DNA of 64,000 nucleotides from a virus. The stretch lies in IMG/VR virus record IMGVR_UViG_3300027816_000057, one strand, 5' to 3'. The position numbers were made by a program, and so were the translations under genes. Below the pieces are notes generated by a model, which had not been told where the DNA came from, ran no database searches, and saw only the letters and a list, made by a program, of their open reading frames with translations. This document shows, piece by piece, positions 38,224 through 48,682 of the stretch. Within the stretch, counting starts at the first letter, position 1. Every line of letters begins with the position of its first letter.

Positions 38224-38233
38224 TAATTAAATA

Positions 38234-38584
38234 TCAATATGTAAAAGTTGTGCTATGATCTATTTTTACAGTTCCGTTAGCTACAACTTTTCTGTTTCCT
38301 GATGTGTCAGTGATAGAAGCTTCGTGATAGTACATACCCCAAAGATTTTGTACATCACTAGAATTAATATCAACCATCATTAAACCGCTTTCTGCATATG
38401 GAAATGTTATACCTGATAATGTCGTTTTTGATATTACAGGAGAACTAACGTTATTTCGCGATAAAAGCCATTCAGCAGATGATCCAGTAAGATCAAATAA
38501 ATCGCCGTTACTATCTCGAATAGTAAAAATTATATTTTTATCTTCGCCTTTAAATAAATTAAAATTTTGGTTGCTACTAGACAT
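38234..38584 (-). CDS. BppU-N-like beta-sandwich virion protein
   Basis: GED..I.F.I.D..G..FDLTG..Y.HE pattern. Confidence 0.6.
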   Translation of the reverse strand: MSSSNQNFNLFKGEDKNIIFTIRDSNGDLFDLTGSSAEWLLSRNNVSSPVISKTTLSGITFPYAESGLMMVDINSSDVQNLWGMYYHEASITDTSGNRKVVANGTVKIDHSTTFTY

Positions 38585-38838
38585 TATATAATTTCCACTA
38601 TTATATTATATACACCCGATAACTGTTCGGTATTATAAGTGCCGTTTAAATTAATTGATCCAAAAACACCATTTAAATTAACTGAATCTGCAGTTCCTTG
38701 TAAGTTATTATCAGCATAATTTCCGTTTAAATTAATAATATTAATAATTGGCGGTTTTATTACGGAAGTACTAAATAATTGCCAATAATTTATCGGCCAA
38801 TAATTTTTAGGAAAATAATTTTTAGGAAAAGCTATCAT
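38584..38838 (-). CDS. small protein with FPKNY/WPINY repeats
   Basis: TAATG-coupled; repeats visible. Confidence 0.6.
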   Translation of the reverse strand: MIAFPKNYFPKNYWPINYWQLFSTSVIKPPIINIINLNGNYADNNLQGTADSVNLNGVFGSINLNGTYNTEQLSGVYNIIVEII

Positions 38839-39572
38839 AAAGTTAATGTGGGATTAGAAGTGGAATTACCGTTATTATCAACTTGCATGGTTATTCTAGT
38901 AGTAGAATTGTCCAAACCTTTGAAGGTTATGGTCGATGTCCCGCCGCCCGCACGAGAGCCTCCTAGAGCCGCCCCGATTAATCTGAACACCTGATTGACC
39001 GTAACGCCCGCCTCTACAGGAGAATTTAATAGGCCGCTTATAGCCTCATTTGTAAATCCGGTAGTATAAACATTATACGAGTCAAGAGAAACCGGATTGC
39101 TAATTGTATTTACAAGCGGTATAACAGCATCGGTATGTAAACCGGTTGCTAGTGTAACTTTATGAATACCGGGATTAAAATTAAATCCAGTTGTAGAGGC
39201 ATTTACTCTATTACCGTCAAAAGTAAATCTATTATTTTGACTATTCAATGAGCTGAAATCTATTTCATTATCGCCGTCCCAATATAAATTATCGCATAAT
39301 AATAATAAATCATTAGTTCTATCTATATTTAATCCAATTTTTCTTAAAAAGTCAACAGAATAAACGCCGCTATTTGCTGTAAAATTTATATTATTATAAT
39401 AAATTCCTTGTCTATAAATTCCAGTTAATTCAATAGCGTAATTAGATTGTTCATTTAATAAAAAGTTTTTAAATAATCCAGATTGTGAAACATATACAAA
39501 ACCAGACGTATCATATATATTTACATAATAGTTTCCGGTAGGGCCAGCAAATTGTATTTTTAAATCACTCAT
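38835..39572 (-). CDS. putative virion protein
   Basis: C-terminal RL..AAL.G..AG.GT.TITF..D..RI..VD..GN domain typical of tail-associated genes. Confidence 0.6.
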   Translation of the reverse strand: MSDLKIQFAGPTGNYYVNIYDTSGFVYVSQSGLFKNFLLNEQSNYAIELTGIYRQGIYYNNINFTANSGVYSVDFLRKIGLNIDRTNDLLLLCDNLYWDGDNEIDFSSLNSQNNRFTFDGNRVNASTTGFNFNPGIHKVTLATGLHTDAVIPLVNTISNPVSLDSYNVYTTGFTNEAISGLLNSPVEAGVTVNQVFRLIGAALGGSRAGGGTSTITFKGLDNSTTRITMQVDNNGNSTSNPTLTL

Positions 39573-39575
39573 ATT

Positions 39576-40601
39576 TTATCCATTAAAATAATTAAATCTT
39601 TCAAAAGTTGGTGTTAAAATTATTGGTGTAATAGCAAAACAATCTTTTCCGTTTGCAGAATAATTCCAAGTAGGAGGAGATCCAGCCGTATTTCTATTGA
39701 CACCGCTAGCGTTATATATTACAGCTTCTCTTTCATTTTTATCTACAAAATCACGAACAACTCTAGTATAGTTTCCAGTAGTTAACGGTCTTATAGATGA
39801 AATATATCTTTTACCATTTTGTAAAGTAATAGGATTAAAGTTTATTGTAGACATGCCTTGCGAAGATGTTAAATTTTGAAGTCCACCATTAATTATTCCA
39901 GAAGCTAGTAAATTTTGACCAGTTGAACTTATTTTTTCATATAAACATAAAGCGACATCGCTATTATTATTTAATAATCTCAAAGAAGCGTGTATTCCAA
40001 TACATTGACAATTAAATTCTTGTGTCCATTCCATACCGTATTCATTTGGATTTGAAACAGAGTTAGTATTCGCTGTAGTTGATCTTGATACAGGAAAAGT
40101 AAAAGGTAAAATCGAATTATCATTAAATTTTACCGATATAACTGAGGCACCGTTTAATTTTGACCAAGTAGAACCAGCAGAAGATAGGCTGTAAGGTAAT
40201 CTTTGTAATCCATATGTTCCAATAATAGTATTTACTGTAGCTTGTGCCCCTCCGCTAGCACGAGTTATATATAAAGATGCTCCGCTATTTGGAAGCAAAG
40301 TTTGTGGAGCAATTAAAGGTATCCATTGCCAACCAGTAACAGCGGCAAATGTATTAGTCATTGATCCAGTCGATAATATTGATCCGCTATTAGGAGTATA
40401 ATTTGTTGGATTTATATTACATAATGTTGCTCTTAAAAACGGCGTACCAACAACGGAAGAAACGTTAAGTCCAACATGAGTAACAGTTCTTCCTGTTTCT
40501 TCTCTCCATACTAAACCAATATTATTCGCACCTGTTACTGCAGAAGTAGTTAATGCACCGGCACTTTCCCAATCACAATTAAAAAGATTATAAGTTCCCA
40601 T
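39576..40601 (-). CDS. putative virion/receptor-binding protein (two beta-sandwich-like halves)
   Basis: T/S/N/G-rich; in the tail-fibre operon. Confidence 0.55.
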   Translation of the reverse strand: MGTYNLFNCDWESAGALTTSAVTGANNIGLVWREETGRTVTHVGLNVSSVVGTPFLRATLCNINPTNYTPNSGSILSTGSMTNTFAAVTGWQWIPLIAPQTLLPNSGASLYITRASGGAQATVNTIIGTYGLQRLPYSLSSAGSTWSKLNGASVISVKFNDNSILPFTFPVSRSTTANTNSVSNPNEYGMEWTQEFNCQCIGIHASLRLLNNNSDVALCLYEKISSTGQNLLASGIINGGLQNLTSSQGMSTINFNPITLQNGKRYISSIRPLTTGNYTRVVRDFVDKNEREAVIYNASGVNRNTAGSPPTWNYSANGKDCFAITPIILTPTFERFNYFNG

Positions 40602-43567
40602 TAGTTTTGTTCCATTGTTAAATGAATATTTAGATTATTTATTCCGCTTATATTAACGACATTAAATCTTAATAAATCGCCCGCAGCTAATCCGGTAGTC
40701 CAATTTGTTATAGATTGATTAACATAATTTTGATTTGATAATGTAATAAGAGAATTATTTAAAATACTTGTAAAAGTAGGATAATTGATCGAGTTTGATT
40801 TTAATAAATCGATTTGTAGAGTTCCAGTTGTAGAACTAAAAACATCGCATTTATCTATTATTGAAGCTGATGCTATTCTTGAAAAACCTTTAACTCCGGT
40901 TGATATTGGATAGCCTTCAATATTGATACCAAAATTATATTCATTTTTTCTAAAATATGTATTTTGACCATCCGTAAACAAAAATCCGCCAGATGTTTGT
41001 GTAGGTAAAAGATTATTTAAAGCAGCAGTTGGTGTTGATGCGTTTGTACCGCCTCGGTCTATTGTTAATATTCCAGTTGTGTTAACAATATTAATATTTG
41101 ATTCTAAAACAAAACCAGAAATAGCGTTTGAGACATCATTATAATAGAGTTGTAAATTATTACTATTATTTAATATAGTACCTACAGCGTCTTGTGCTTG
41201 TTCATCGGTATATGATCCGCCTCCGCTAGAAGCTGTAAGTCCGGTAACGCTAATAGTCAATGATGTAGTGCCATTATAGTTAAAAACTACATTTGTTCCA
41301 GCAATAAGAAAACCAGTTACTTCATTTCTAGTTCTAGTAGAATTAAAATAGAGATTTGAACCTTCGGTTAAGTTTGAGGTAGTCTTTGTACCTAACCAAG
41401 TATCGGCACGAGTAGTATTAAAATATTGTGTATGAGGATCGCCAACAAGTAAATTATTTAATGAATTATGATCTAAACCTGTTGCCTGTACATTAATTCT
41501 TAATATACCACCGGCACCAGAATCCGTAAAATTAATTCCAGTTCCGGCTGTCAATACTCGTTCGCTAGTTAATCCAGTGGTAGAAGAAAGCGTTAAATAA
41601 GTAGCGTTAAGCTGTGCATATATTGGAGGAACACCATTAGATATTGCGGTAATTCTACCATATGGGTCTGTTGTAACTGTAGCAAACTGATATGTATCAG
41701 GAATTTGAGTATCGATTAATTCTGGTAATACATTTATAGTAGTAGTACCGGTTCCTATAACTGCACCTTGAATACTAATTAATTGATTACTAGATAATTT
41801 AGAGTCAAGTTGTGTCTGTATATTTGATGTAGCTGTAGAAAGATAATTTAATTTTGTATTGTCTACGGTACCAAGACCAATTTTATTAGCATTTATTCCT
41901 GTTGGCATTAAATAATCAGCAAGTCCTGATATATTAATTCTATAATTATTAATATTTCCCGAAAGTTCAATACCATTACCGGCAATTAAAAATCCAGTTA
42001 CTACGCTTCTAACTTTATTAGATGTATAGTACTCATTTGCTCCTTGCGGTAAATCAGACGTTGATCTAGTTCCTAGCCACGTTAATGCTCTACTGTCGTT
42101 ATGATATTGAGAGTGTACATCTCCTACAGAAAGATTATTTAAATTATTATGATCAATTCCGGTTGGCTGTACATGAATTATAAAAGTATTACCAGCACCA
42201 TTATCAACAAAATTAATTCCACTTCCTGCAGTAATTGATCTTTCTGAGGCAAGATTTGAATCATTTCCTATCGTTATATAAGCAGAACCTGTAGGTGCAT
42301 AAACTAAAGGATTATTAGACGAAGCCGATGTTACTTGACCTTTTGAGTTAATGGTAATTGTCGGATATGAAAATGTACCGACATTTGAATTTACATTTGG
42401 TAAAGTAACCGGTATAGTTGTGTTTCCTGTTCCAACTATATCACCAGACAATGTAATTAATTGATCGCCGGTATTTGTTCCGGTTAAATTAATTCCAGAA
42501 ACATGCTGTGTAGCGACAACGGATACAGGTACTATTCTTTGTAAACCTACAGAAAGAGACGGAGTACTGGCGGGATTTGTAATATGGATTACGATTCCGC
42601 TAGCGTTTACATTTGATATGTTGGTTACTGTACCAGATCCTTTAGAATCTAATTGAGACTGGACATCTCCGGTTAGTGTAGATAAATAATCTAATACTGT
42701 ATTATCTACGGTACCCAATCCAAGTTTTTCAACATTAATACCGGTAGGCATTAAATAGTCTGCTAAACCAGAAACATTAATTATAAGATTTGAGTTAGAG
42801 CCTTGATCGACAAAAGAAATGCCTTGTCCTGCGGTTAAAACTCTTTCGTTGGTTAATATAGAATCGGTACTTAAAGTAATATAAGATACGCCGGTTGGGG
42901 CAAATACTGGTCCATTAGATGCCGATGTAATCAAACCTTTTGAATTAATAGTGATAGTTGCGTTTGTAAATATACCGGTACTAGAATTTACATTTGACAA
43001 CACAACGGGGATTGTCGTTTGTCCAGTAGCAGAGACATCTCCAGATAGAGTTATTAACTGATTAGAAGATATTTTTGAATTTAACTGAGTTTGAATATTA
43101 GATGTTACGCCGTCTAAAAATCCGTATTCTGTATTATCTACTGTTCCGTTGCCTATTTGGTTTGCATTAAACCCCGTAGGTAATAAATTGTTTAATCCAG
43201 AAACTGAGAATTGTAAAGTATTACCTAAGTTAGTAATAGATATACCATTACCATTAACAAGTTTTCCGGTAATCCAAGGATTAACTGCATCATAAACGCC
43301 AGTGGTAAAATTTATTATTTGACCAGTGGTATGAGTATGATTTATTAAAGCAAAATCATTACTAGTATATCCATTTAAGAAATTACTGTTTAAGCCAGAT
43401 ATTAAAACACCAAAACCAGTTCCTGAAATAGTAAAAGGAATTAATCCAGAAAATACATGATTGGCAGATATAATTCTAGGATTTGATAAATGAAGATATT
43501 GTAAATGATCGTCATTATTAAGACCAAAAACGGTAGAATGAAATATGTTTTGATATCTAGGATTCAC
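40601..43567 (-). CDS. Long repeat-rich tail-fibre-like protein
   Basis: Three copies each of GTVDNT..L...TS.IQ.QL.SK, T.T....G.IT..S and Y.T....L..ER.LTAG.GI.F.D modules. Confidence 0.75.
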   Translation of the reverse strand: MNPRYQNIFHSTVFGLNNDDHLQYLHLSNPRIISANHVFSGLIPFTISGTGFGVLISGLNSNFLNGYTSNDFALINHTHTTGQIINFTTGVYDAVNPWITGKLVNGNGISITNLGNTLQFSVSGLNNLLPTGFNANQIGNGTVDNTEYGFLDGVTSNIQTQLNSKISSNQLITLSGDVSATGQTTIPVVLSNVNSSTGIFTNATITINSKGLITSASNGPVFAPTGVSYITLSTDSILTNERVLTAGQGISFVDQGSNSNLIINVSGLADYLMPTGINVEKLGLGTVDNTVLDYLSTLTGDVQSQLDSKGSGTVTNISNVNASGIVIHITNPASTPSLSVGLQRIVPVSVVATQHVSGINLTGTNTGDQLITLSGDIVGTGNTTIPVTLPNVNSNVGTFSYPTITINSKGQVTSASSNNPLVYAPTGSAYITIGNDSNLASERSITAGSGINFVDNGAGNTFIIHVQPTGIDHNNLNNLSVGDVHSQYHNDSRALTWLGTRSTSDLPQGANEYYTSNKVRSVVTGFLIAGNGIELSGNINNYRINISGLADYLMPTGINANKIGLGTVDNTKLNYLSTATSNIQTQLDSKLSSNQLISIQGAVIGTGTTTINVLPELIDTQIPDTYQFATVTTDPYGRITAISNGVPPIYAQLNATYLTLSSTTGLTSERVLTAGTGINFTDSGAGGILRINVQATGLDHNSLNNLLVGDPHTQYFNTTRADTWLGTKTTSNLTEGSNLYFNSTRTRNEVTGFLIAGTNVVFNYNGTTSLTISVTGLTASSGGGSYTDEQAQDAVGTILNNSNNLQLYYNDVSNAISGFVLESNINIVNTTGILTIDRGGTNASTPTAALNNLLPTQTSGGFLFTDGQNTYFRKNEYNFGINIEGYPISTGVKGFSRIASASIIDKCDVFSSTTGTLQIDLLKSNSINYPTFTSILNNSLITLSNQNYVNQSITNWTTGLAAGDLLRFNVVNISGINNLNIHLTMEQN

Positions 43568-43573
43568 ATTATC

Positions 43574-43581
43574 TTATACAC
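43574..43581 (-). promoter_or_regulatory. Class L promoter, leaderless
   Basis: GTGTATAA-N6-GTG(43567). Confidence 0.7.
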
Positions 43582-43599
43582 TAGAGGACTTATACTAAT

Positions 43600-43607
43600 G
43601 TGTATAA
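43600..43607 (+). promoter_or_regulatory. Class L promoter, leaderless
   Basis: GTGTATAA-N6-ATG(43614). Confidence 0.7.
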
Positions 43608-43613
43608 TTTATT

Positions 43614-44294
43614 ATGAGAATTTTCATTCTATTGATAATAAGTTCTTTATTCATATTCGGTTGCGTATCTGATTATTCAGATGGTGGATCAACTATTTTT
43701 TCTAAAACGACAACAGAAAGTTATGCTGATGGAAAAACTAAAAGCACTACTATATCAGCAGAAGTAAAACAGCCAGATGCACCAAAGAATCCTGCCACTA
43801 TTTCTTTTAAAGACAATCCAGATGGTACTGTAGATGTCAAAACTGATACAGGTGAATCGCAAGATTTAGGTAAAATTAAATCAGCAATGTCAGCTATTGG
43901 TATGCTTCACCCGCTGGTTTTTGCTGGAGCGGCTTTATGCGTACTAGGTATTTTAGCTGCTGTTATTGTTAGACAATACATTTGGGGTGCTGGCCTGTTT
44001 TTTGGTGGATTAGCTATGTCTCTTGGAGCGGTATTAATTGCTCAATATGCTGTATATTTTGGAATTATAGGCGTATTAGCTCTAATTTGGCTTCTTTATA
44101 CTTTATATGAAACAAAAGCAAATAAAAAAGCTAATGCAGAAAATGTTAAAGTTGTAGAAAAATTAAAAAAGGAATTACCTGAAGACAAAAAGCGTCAGTT
44201 ATTTAATGAAAAAAACGGTGATATCTCTTTAATACAAAGTTCAAGTACCAAAAAATTAGTTAAAAATATTAAAAAGAAACTATTTAATACATAA
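43614..44294 (+). CDS. Lipoprotein with three C-terminal TM helices (possible lysis protein)
   Basis: Lipobox FIFGC; polar domain; hydrophobic helices; basic tail. Confidence 0.6.
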   Translation: MRIFILLIISSLFIFGCVSDYSDGGSTIFSKTTTESYADGKTKSTTISAEVKQPDAPKNPATISFKDNPDGTVDVKTDTGESQDLGKIKSAMSAIGMLHPLVFAGAALCVLGILAAVIVRQYIWGAGLFFGGLAMSLGAVLIAQYAVYFGIIGVLALIWLLYTLYETKANKKANAENVKVVEKLKKELPEDKKRQLFNEKNGDISLIQSSSTKKLVKNIKKKLFNT

Positions 44295-44626
44295 TGATCT
44301 ATGAATTTAAAAATAAAGACGGTGTAATTGTAGAGAAAAACTACCGAATAGGAAAGTGTCCATCAAAAATAAAGATTAAAGGAGTTGTTTATGAAAGAAT
44401 AATTTCTTTACCTTATGTTATAATGGATGCTGATAAACCAAAAACCATTGGTGGATTAATAGATAAACAAAAAAGAAAAGACGAAAAAGACGGTAAGATT
44501 AATAAAGTCAAAGAAGCACCAGAACCTTGGTGGAGAAAAGGAAAGAAGAAAGTAGATAGAGATTTAGCTAAAATGAGTCCTAAACAAAAGGAACATTATA
44601 TTATGACCGGGGAGAAGAAAATATGA
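44294..44626 (+). CDS. FmdB-like small protein (degenerate Zn ribbon)
   Basis: MIYEFK..CP..RIIS.P..KTIG pattern. Confidence 0.45.
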   Translation: MIYEFKNKDGVIVEKNYRIGKCPSKIKIKGVVYERIISLPYVIMDADKPKTIGGLIDKQKRKDEKDGKINKVKEAPEPWWRKGKKKVDRDLAKMSPKQKEHYIMTGEKKI

Positions 44627-46129
44627 GTGAAAAGGAATTTGATAAATCAAAAGTGATTAAATTAAAATGTACTCTTTGTAATAGAGAATTAATGAATTTA
44701 CTACCAGTTAAAGACGGTCCAACTAAACAAAAATTTCAAGCTTCCTGTTATTTCTGCAAAGGATTTTCCCAAATAGAGACTATTCATGGTGTTTGTGCAA
44801 CAGGACCAATTGGTGAAGACGAATTAAAACGTGAAACAATTATCGAGGACGTTCGGTTAGATGACGATGATAAATACTTGTTTATAGTGAAAGCAAAATA
44901 ATGAATAAAAACTTTAAGTATAATAACTGTATTCAGCCAATAAGTAACTCAAGTAATATTAAAGAAAACAACAGTATTACTCTTTATGATATTTCTGGTT
45001 CTAAAAACACCAATCTTTCAAAAGACGGAGATATATTCGCTAAACGATCAGTTAAAGACGGAAACATAAAATTCTTTGCCAAAGCAAACAATAATCTTCA
45101 ATTGTTAAATCCGTTTAACGAAAGCTTTACGGTATATAATATAAATAATACTCCGGGATCAGACGTATACAATTTTGTAGAAATCACTCAAAAAAGCTTT
45201 GATCATTATATCTCATTTTTACAATCTCAAAATTCCGTTCAATATCGTTTAGCACAAAAGGAATTATCGGAAACATCTTTTGTAAAAAGAGAATATATTT
45301 CATCTACTGACGACTCTGTAAATTTCCCAGAATTTAAAATGTATAATTCAATGGACAAAGAAACAAATGAAAATAAAAATAGTAACAAACGAAAAAACAA
45401 TAGAAATAAACGAAAATGATTTTACATGGTGGCAACAAAATAAAAATCTGACTAAAATTCAAGAAATTGTCGTATATAATAATGAGCAGTTACTAGTTGG
45501 GTGTCATAATTACGATGTGTATTTTCTAGGTCTAAAGAAAATATCTATCAATTTTAACGAACCTCATACACTAGTTGGTATTGGAGCTGAAGAAAACGGA
45601 AAAATAGAAGTTCTTTGGTTCTTTGCTAAAGACGGTTCATTGCATGAAAAAGAAATCAGAACAAGAGAAGACGCCGGATTTTTCTTGCACAAAAATATAT
45701 AAATCATTATTTGTACTTGATTTAGATATAGACGTATCTAATTATATTACAGAAATTATAATATCTAGATATTGGGAATTTAAAAATAAAATTCCGCCAG
45801 TTCCTTTTTGGCAAAAAGAATATAAAGATAATTATAAAAAACTAACTGATTCATATGTATATGAGCTTACCCAAGTCAAAAAACTTTTAAAGGTTTTTAG
45901 TCCTGCTGTGGTTTTATACTATATTAAAAATAACAATATTACTACTCTAAGATACGCTAAACTAGAAGATACTAAAGAAATTATATTTGGTTTATTCAAA
46001 AATCAATTAATTTTTATTAATCAGATTAAAGAAATTTCAAAAAACGAACTAGAAAAAGAAAACGATAAGATAGAATATATAGAGAACAAGACTCGTAAAA
46101 AAGATAATTTATTCTCGAAAGGCGTTTAA
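44623..46129 (+). CDS. Four hypothetical genes (44623 Zn-ribbon, 44901, 45367, about 45623)
   Basis: Overlapping ORFs leading into recA. Confidence 0.55.
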
Positions 46130-47139
46130 TGGCAAAAGCGGTCAATACATTACTAAAAACAATTCAAGATAAATATGATTTTGAACCAATGATAGCTACA
46201 TATTTAAAAGACGATGTAGGTGAGTTTATTCCTACAACTCTTAGTATGGATATAGCACTTAATGGTGGGATAAGAGAAGGAACAATTACAACTCTATCAT
46301 CTAAAGCCGGTGGCGGTAAAACATCTTTTTGTATACAAATTGCTGTAAATGCACAAAAGATGGGTAAAAATGTATATTTTTCTGATGTAGAAGGTCGATT
46401 GCAGCCAGAATTATTAAATTGTTTTCCTGAATTAGATCAAGACAAATTAATTGTTTTTAAATCAACTACAGATAAATTTTTAACTGCCGAAGATCATGTA
46501 AACATTATTGAAACAGTTCTTAAAGATGATCCGGGATGCGTAGTTATTTTAGATTCAATTGCGGCTTTATGCCCTGAAACAGAACACGGCGAAGATGTTA
46601 AAAGTAATAGCCGATCTTCCGTTCCGAAATTAATGTATTCTTTCTATCGAAAAATAGCACAAATTATTACCGCTAATAAATCAACTTTTATAGCAATTAC
46701 ACATCAACAAGCTAATACATCTGGATACGGTTCATCAATTGTTGAAGTCGGTGGTAACGCTAATACTTATTTCGCGTCTAATCATTTAATTGCTACCAAG
46801 GTAGAAGATTTAGTTGATGATAAAACTAAAAAATCTTATGGTAAAAATACAACGTTTAAAGTTAAAAAAGTAGCCGCAGGTGCCCCTGACGGTCTTCCTA
46901 CAATTTATGTAAGATATGGAAAAGGTTTAGATCATGTTGTTGATTTAATTGCGGTTGCTACTGAATTTGGTTTTGTTGAACGAAAAGGTGCTTGGTATAA
47001 TTTCTCTAATATTGCTGAATTAGAAAAAGAAAAATTTCAAGGTCAAGACGCATTGCATGAATTTTTAACTGTCAATAAAGATAAAGCTAGTTTAATTGAA
47101 AAAGAAATTAGATCAATAGTTTTTGGAAGTAAAAAATGA
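46129..47139 (+). CDS. recA: RecA/UvsX-like recombinase
   Basis: DIALNGGI, GGGKTS, DVE, ILDSIAAL, GGNA, KGAWY. Confidence 0.92.
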   Translation: MAKAVNTLLKTIQDKYDFEPMIATYLKDDVGEFIPTTLSMDIALNGGIREGTITTLSSKAGGGKTSFCIQIAVNAQKMGKNVYFSDVEGRLQPELLNCFPELDQDKLIVFKSTTDKFLTAEDHVNIIETVLKDDPGCVVILDSIAALCPETEHGEDVKSNSRSSVPKLMYSFYRKIAQIITANKSTFIAITHQQANTSGYGSSIVEVGGNANTYFASNHLIATKVEDLVDDKTKKSYGKNTTFKVKKVAAGAPDGLPTIYVRYGKGLDHVVDLIAVATEFGFVERKGAWYNFSNIAELEKEKFQGQDALHEFLTVNKDKASLIEKEIRSIVFGSKK

Positions 47140-47376
47140 TATACGGACTAGATACAGCATTAGATGATTTTAGAAATAAAATTAAAAATTTAGTAGATAA
47201 TCATATTGATGATATACTAGACTCCGAAGAAGAAAAATTACAAGAAAAACAAGATCATACAAAAGAATTACTAAATAGATATTTAACGTTTTTAGAAAGT
47301 GCTGTATTAGACAATAAATATAAGCTTCCTAAAAAAGTAATTCAAGAATTAGAAGATGATTATAATATAATCAAAA

Positions 47377-47772
47377 ATGAAATTAATAAATAGCAACAAT
47401 AAAACCGTTAAAATAAGTGTCAAAGAATCAGACTATCCTCTTAAAACTGAGACTTCAGCTAAATCAAAAATACAATTTAACTGTGGTAAATTAATTAAAG
47501 ATCATTTTCCGTCTGATCCTATATTAGAAGATGTACCTGTAGATGGTGCGTCTTTTTATTTTGATTTCTGGCTTCCGAGAAGAAAAATAGTATTTGAAAT
47601 ACAAGGTCGCCAGCACGATCAATACGTTAAATTTTATCATAAAGATAAAAATTCATATTTTAAAAGCATTGACCGAGATTTAAAAAAAGAAGAATTTTGT
47701 CGCATTAACGATATTAAATTATTCTATGCTAGAACTATAGAAGAATTGGAGAAACTGCTTGCAACGGTATGA
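47377..47772 (+). CDS. DUF559/Vsr-like endonuclease
   Basis: FDFWLP..FEIQGRQH..RD..K..FC..N.I. Confidence 0.75.
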   Translation: MKLINSNNKTVKISVKESDYPLKTETSAKSKIQFNCGKLIKDHFPSDPILEDVPVDGASFYFDFWLPRRKIVFEIQGRQHDQYVKFYHKDKNSYFKSIDRDLKKEEFCRINDIKLFYARTIEELEKLLATV

Positions 47773-48241
47773 CAAAAAAGACATAGCTACTGAAATAGAA
47801 ACCACGAGGGCTTCTTTTAATTTTCCTAACTTATCTTCTCCTAATGATATTAATAAAATAATTGGTATAATTACTAAAGAAGATTTAACAAAAGTGCCGG
47901 TTGAAGAGCTGCTTGATTATAGTACTAAAATAGTTGTTTATAGTCTATATTTGACGCATGAGACAAATAGAATAAAAGCAAAAGCCGACTGGATTGAATC
48001 TCAAATTCGACATATTGTAGGAAAAGAATTAGCGAATTCACGAGGATTTACTTTTGAAGAAAAAAATATAGACATACGAGCAAATCACGATCATGCTAGT
48101 GAATTCGAGCAAGAAAAAGTTTTAGAACTTACAAAATATGAGGTTTTTAAAAACATAGCCTATAAAATGCAGAATCTAGCCGAACAACTAAATATGGTTA
48201 TAAGAGAAAGAAACAACTTTAATAGAAAGAATAATATATGA
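47759..48241 (+). CDS. helical protein, possibly UvsY-like
   Basis: Size, helical character and position between recA and dnaB. Confidence 0.35.
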   Translation: MQRYDKKDIATEIETTRASFNFPNLSSPNDINKIIGIITKEDLTKVPVEELLDYSTKIVVYSLYLTHETNRIKAKADWIESQIRHIVGKELANSRGFTFEEKNIDIRANHDHASEFEQEKVLELTKYEVFKNIAYKMQNLAEQLNMVIRERNNFNRKNNI

Positions 48242-48681
48242 ATTTTAAAAATTTAAAAACAGCTATTTTAAATAAGTCTTGGGATGACGTTATCATATTT
48301 TATGAAAATATAACAGGGGAAAGTCTAGAGAATAATAATAGCACAAATGCTAAAAAAACAATTGCTAAAAAGGGACGACCTAAAAAAACAAGTAAAAAAG
48401 TAAAAACTAAAGCGGAGTCTAGAACTAATGATGACGATATGGTTTTTTACGGCGGGGAAGACGCAGAAGAAAACGAAGAATCAAAGATAGCTAAAAAAAT
48501 AGCTAAGGGTCTAAAAAAAAGAAAAGTAAAACAATCTCGTGATTTATATCAACCAAATATGGTAAATTGCACTAACTGTAATAGAGCGTTTGACAAAAAT
48601 AAAGATAACAGCTTTACAGTAATTGGTGAATCTTCAGGTATAAATAAAAATCTATGTAATAAATGCGTTCTTTCAAGATAA
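48238..48681 (+). CDS. hypothetical protein with C-terminal Zn finger
   Basis: CTNC..CNKC; KKGRPKK. Confidence 0.55.
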   Translation: MNFKNLKTAILNKSWDDVIIFYENITGESLENNNSTNAKKTIAKKGRPKKTSKKVKTKAESRTNDDDMVFYGGEDAEENEESKIAKKIAKGLKKRKVKQSRDLYQPNMVNCTNCNRAFDKNKDNSFTVIGESSGINKNLCNKCVLSR

Positions 48682-48682
48682 T

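Noticed and set aside
38605-38616. GGTGTATATAAT on the minus strand as another class L promoter
   Set aside because: Imperfect motif, inside a coding region, wrong spacing to the ATG
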